64,000 nt of DNA, from positions 32,000,001-32,064,000 of the forward strand of contig CP086569.2 of assembly GCA_009914755.4 (NCBI GenBank). The letters run 5' to 3'. Source of the stretch: the human T2T-CHM13v2.0 reference genome, Homo sapiens. Position numbers and translations under genes: made by a program. The notes beneath the pieces are model-generated. The model did no database searches. It had not been told where the DNA came from and worked only from the letters and a program-made list of their open reading frames with translations. This document shows positions 60,992 through 64,000 of this stretch, in pieces. Positions within the stretch are counted from its first letter, which is position 1, and every line of letters begins with the position of its first letter.

Positions 60992-63900
60992 CTCCTTTGG
61001 AATGGTGTAGTATGCAATGCAATCGACTGGCAGGGAATCAAAAGGAATGTAATGGAATGGACTGGACTGGAATGCAATGGACTCGTATAGATTGGAAACG
61101 GAATGCAAAGGAATGGAATGGAATAGTATGGAATGGAATGGAAAGGAATGGAGTGGAATAGACTAGAGTGGAATGGAATGGACTGGAAAGCAATGGACTG
61201 GAATGGAACTTTCTTGAATGGACTGGAATCAAACGGAATGGAATGCAATGCAATCAAATGGCATGGAATAAAATAGAATGAAAGAGAATCAAATGGAATT
61301 GAATCGAATGGAATCGAATGGATTGTAAAGGAATAGAATGGAATGGAATGGAATTGACTCAAATGGAATGGACTAGAATGGAATGGATTCGAATGGAAGG
61401 CAAAGGAATGGAATCTATTGGAATGGACTGTAATGGAATGGAATGGAAGGGATTGGAATGGACTCGAATGGAATGGACTGCAATAGAAAGGATTCGAATG
61501 GAATGAAAAAGAATTGAATGGAATAGAACAGAATGGAATCAAATCGAATGAAATGGAATGGAATAGAAAGGAATGGAATGAAATGGAATGGAAAGGATTC
61601 GAATGGAATGCAATCGAATGGAATGGAATCGAACGGAATGGAATAAAATGGAAGAAAACTGGCAAGAAATGGAATCGAAATGAATGGAGTGTTATGGAAC
61701 GGACTCAAAAGGAATTGAATGTAATAGAATGGAGTGGAGTGGACTCGAATATAATGGACTGGAATGGAATGAAATCACATGGAATGGGAACGAATGGAAT
61801 GGAATGGAAAGGAATGGAATCGAATGGAAAGGAATCGAATGGAAGGGAATGAAATTGAATCAACAGGAATGGAAGGGAATAGAATAGACGGTAATGGAAT
61901 GGACTCGAATAGAATGGACACGAATGCTCAAATTGAATGGACTCGAATGGAATGGAAACGAAAGGAATGTCATCGAATGGAATTGAATCGATTGGAATGA
62001 AATCGCATAGAATGGAGTGGAATCAAATGGAATTGAATCGAAAGGAAAGGAAGCGAATGGACTGAAATGAAATGGAATGGAATTGAATGGAAAGTAATGC
62101 AATGGAATAGAATGGAACGAAATTTCACGGGATGGAATCAAACTGAATGGAATCAAATCAATGGAATCAAATCAAATGGAATGGAAAGGAATTGAATGGA
62201 GTAGATTGGATTGGATGGGATTGGAATGAAATGTACTGGAAAGGACTCGAATTTCATGAAACGGAATGGAATGAATTGGAACGGAATGGACTCGAATGGA
62301 ATGGAATGTCATGGAATGGCATCAAATGGAATGGCATCAAATGGAATGGAATCGAATGCAATGGAATGCTATGGAATGGAATGGAATGCATTGGAATGGA
62401 ATGTCCTCTAATGGAATGGATTCGAGTGGAATGGAATCGAATATAATGGAGTCGAATGAAATGGAATTGAAAGGAATGGGATCGAATACAATGGAATATA
62501 CTGGAATGTAATGTAATGAACTCGAATGTAATTGACTGGAATGGAATGTACATGAATGGAATGTAATCGAATGGAAAGTAATCCAATGGAATAGAATCTA
62601 ATGCAATAAAATCGACTCAGATAGAGTAGAATGTAATGGAATGGAGTGCAGTGCAATGGAATGGATTGGAATGGAATGCAATGGAATGGAATGGAATGGA
62701 ATGGAATGGAATGGAATGGGATGGAATGGGATGGAATGGTATGGAATGGATAGTAATGGACTGGAGTGAAATGGACTGGAAAGGAATGGACTCAAATTGA
62801 AAGGGCTCGAAAGGAATGGAGTCAAATGTAATGGTCTGGAATGGAATGAACACGAATGTAATGCAATCCAATAGAATGGAATCGAATGGCATGGAATATA
62901 AAGAAATGGAATCGAAGAGAATGGAAACAAATGGAATGGAATTGAATGGAATGGAATTGAATGGAATGGGAAGGAATGGAGTGAAATTGTATGCAGTAGA
63001 AGAGAATAGAATGGAATGCAAGCGAAAGGAAAGGAATGGATTGGAATGGAATGGAACTCATTGGAATGGAAGGGAATGTAGTGTAATGGACAGGCCTGGA
63101 ATAAAGTGGAAAGCTACGGTCTCGAATGGAATAAAAATATATGGAATGGAATGCAATGAAACGGAATCGAATGTCATAGAATGCAATGGAATGCAAAAAC
63201 ATGGAATCCAAAATCATTGACTGGAAAGGCTGGGTGTCGAAAGGAATTGACTCCAATGGAATGGAATCGAATGGAATGGAAGTGAATAGAATCGAACTAA
63301 ATCGAATGGAATGGAATTGATAGGAACGGAATGGAAAGGAATGCAATGATTTGGCATGGAATGGAATCGAATGGCATCGAATGGAATGGAATGGAATGCA
63401 ATGGAATGGAATGTATTAGAATGTAATGAACTTTAATGGAATGTACTCGAATGGATTCGACTGGAATGGAATGTTCTGGAAGTGAATGGACTCCAATGGA
63501 ATGGATTCAAAAGGAATGGAATCGTACGGAATGGAATCTAATGGAATGCAATTAAATGGAAATGAATCAAATTGAATAGCACGGAATTGAATTGAATGGA
63601 ATGGAATGCAATGGAATCTAATGAAACGGAAAGGAAAGGAATGGAATGGAATGGAATGGGCTGGAATGGAAAGGAATCGAAACGAATGGAATGGAATCGA
63701 ACTGAAGAGACTGGAATGGAATGCACTGGAATGGAAGGGAGTGTAATGGAAGGTTCTCGAAAAAAATGGAATCGAATGGAATGGAATTGAATGGAACGGA
63801 ATAGAGTCGAATGGAATTGAATGGAATGGAATGGACTAGAGTGAAATGGAATCGAACCACAAGGAATGGACAGGAATAGAATGGTCTCGAATTGAATGGA

Positions 63901-64000
63901 ATCGTATGGAATGGCATCAAACGGAATGGAATGGACAGCCACGGAATGGAATGCACTCGAATGCAATGGAGTCGAAACTAATGGACTGGAATAGAATGGA
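60992..64000 (+). repeat. HSat3 higher-order unit 13, partial (cut by window end)
   Basis: Near-identical to unit 12 as far as the window extends. Confidence 0.8.

Larger units (their letters stand above)
19017..64000 (+). repeat. Pentameric (GGAAT)n satellite III array organised in a ~3.56-kb higher-order repeat; consistent with human Y DYZ1 (HSat3); runs off the window end
   Basis: + strand is almost entirely aatgg/ggaat pentamers and single-base variants (tcgaatgg, gcaatgg, actggaatgg). Landmark ctc[c/g]tttggaatggt recurs at 19021, 21801, 25335, 28893, 32456, 36020, 39584, 43148, 46717, 50285, 53854, 57423, 60992. DYZ1 assignment rests on the 3.56-kb period plus the adjacent 2.4-kb Alu/AT satellite. 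Confidence 0.8.

Noticed and set aside
19017-64000. Possibility that the window is a prokaryotic or viral accessory region with a novel defence or mobile system, as the prompt suggests
   Set aside because: Alu sequence and (GGAAT)n higher-order satellite are diagnostic of primate, specifically human, heterochromatin. There are no operons, no RBS-preceded genes, no tRNAs and no CRISPR repeats (the repeats here are head-to-tail without unique spacers).
19017-64000. CRISPR-like regular repeats
   Set aside because: Periodicity is 5 bp and ~3.56 kb with no repeat-spacer-repeat architecture. The repeats are contiguous satellite monomers.

Overview
This window is human constitutive heterochromatin, not a gene-bearing locus, and I see no protein-coding gene, RNA gene, CRISPR array or operon-like system in it. 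Two different tandem satellite arrays meet at a sharp junction. Positions 1-19,016 hold about 8 head-to-tail copies of a ~2.4-kb composite unit. Each unit has a ~1.5-kb TA-rich block, a ~290-bp antisense Alu fragment (start marked by a T9 run) and a ~600-bp moderately GC-rich segment of unrecognised origin. Period is 2,413-2,420 bp, dropping to 2,390 bp in the last copy. Positions 19,017-64,000 are a (GGAAT)n / (ATTCC)n pentameric satellite (human satellite III class), organised in a higher-order repeat of about 3.56 kb. Measured unit lengths are 2,780 (deleted first copy), 3,534, 3,558, 3,563, then 3,564 three times, then 3,568-3,569 for the last full copies. A ~2.4-kb Alu-plus-AT-rich satellite abutting a 3.56-kb pentamer satellite matches what is known for the DYZ2 (HSat1B) and DYZ1 (HSat3) blocks that alternate in Yq12 on the human Y long arm. 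That chromosomal assignment is from memory of the literature, not from a database search. Every ORF in the supplied six-frame track is an artefact. (GGAAT)n has no stop codon in any of the six frames and translates to cyclic MEWNG / IPFHS peptides. The recurring 61-aa ORF in the first array is kept only because the copies are 95-99% identical tandem repeats. The structure beyond the basic description is itemised under findings.
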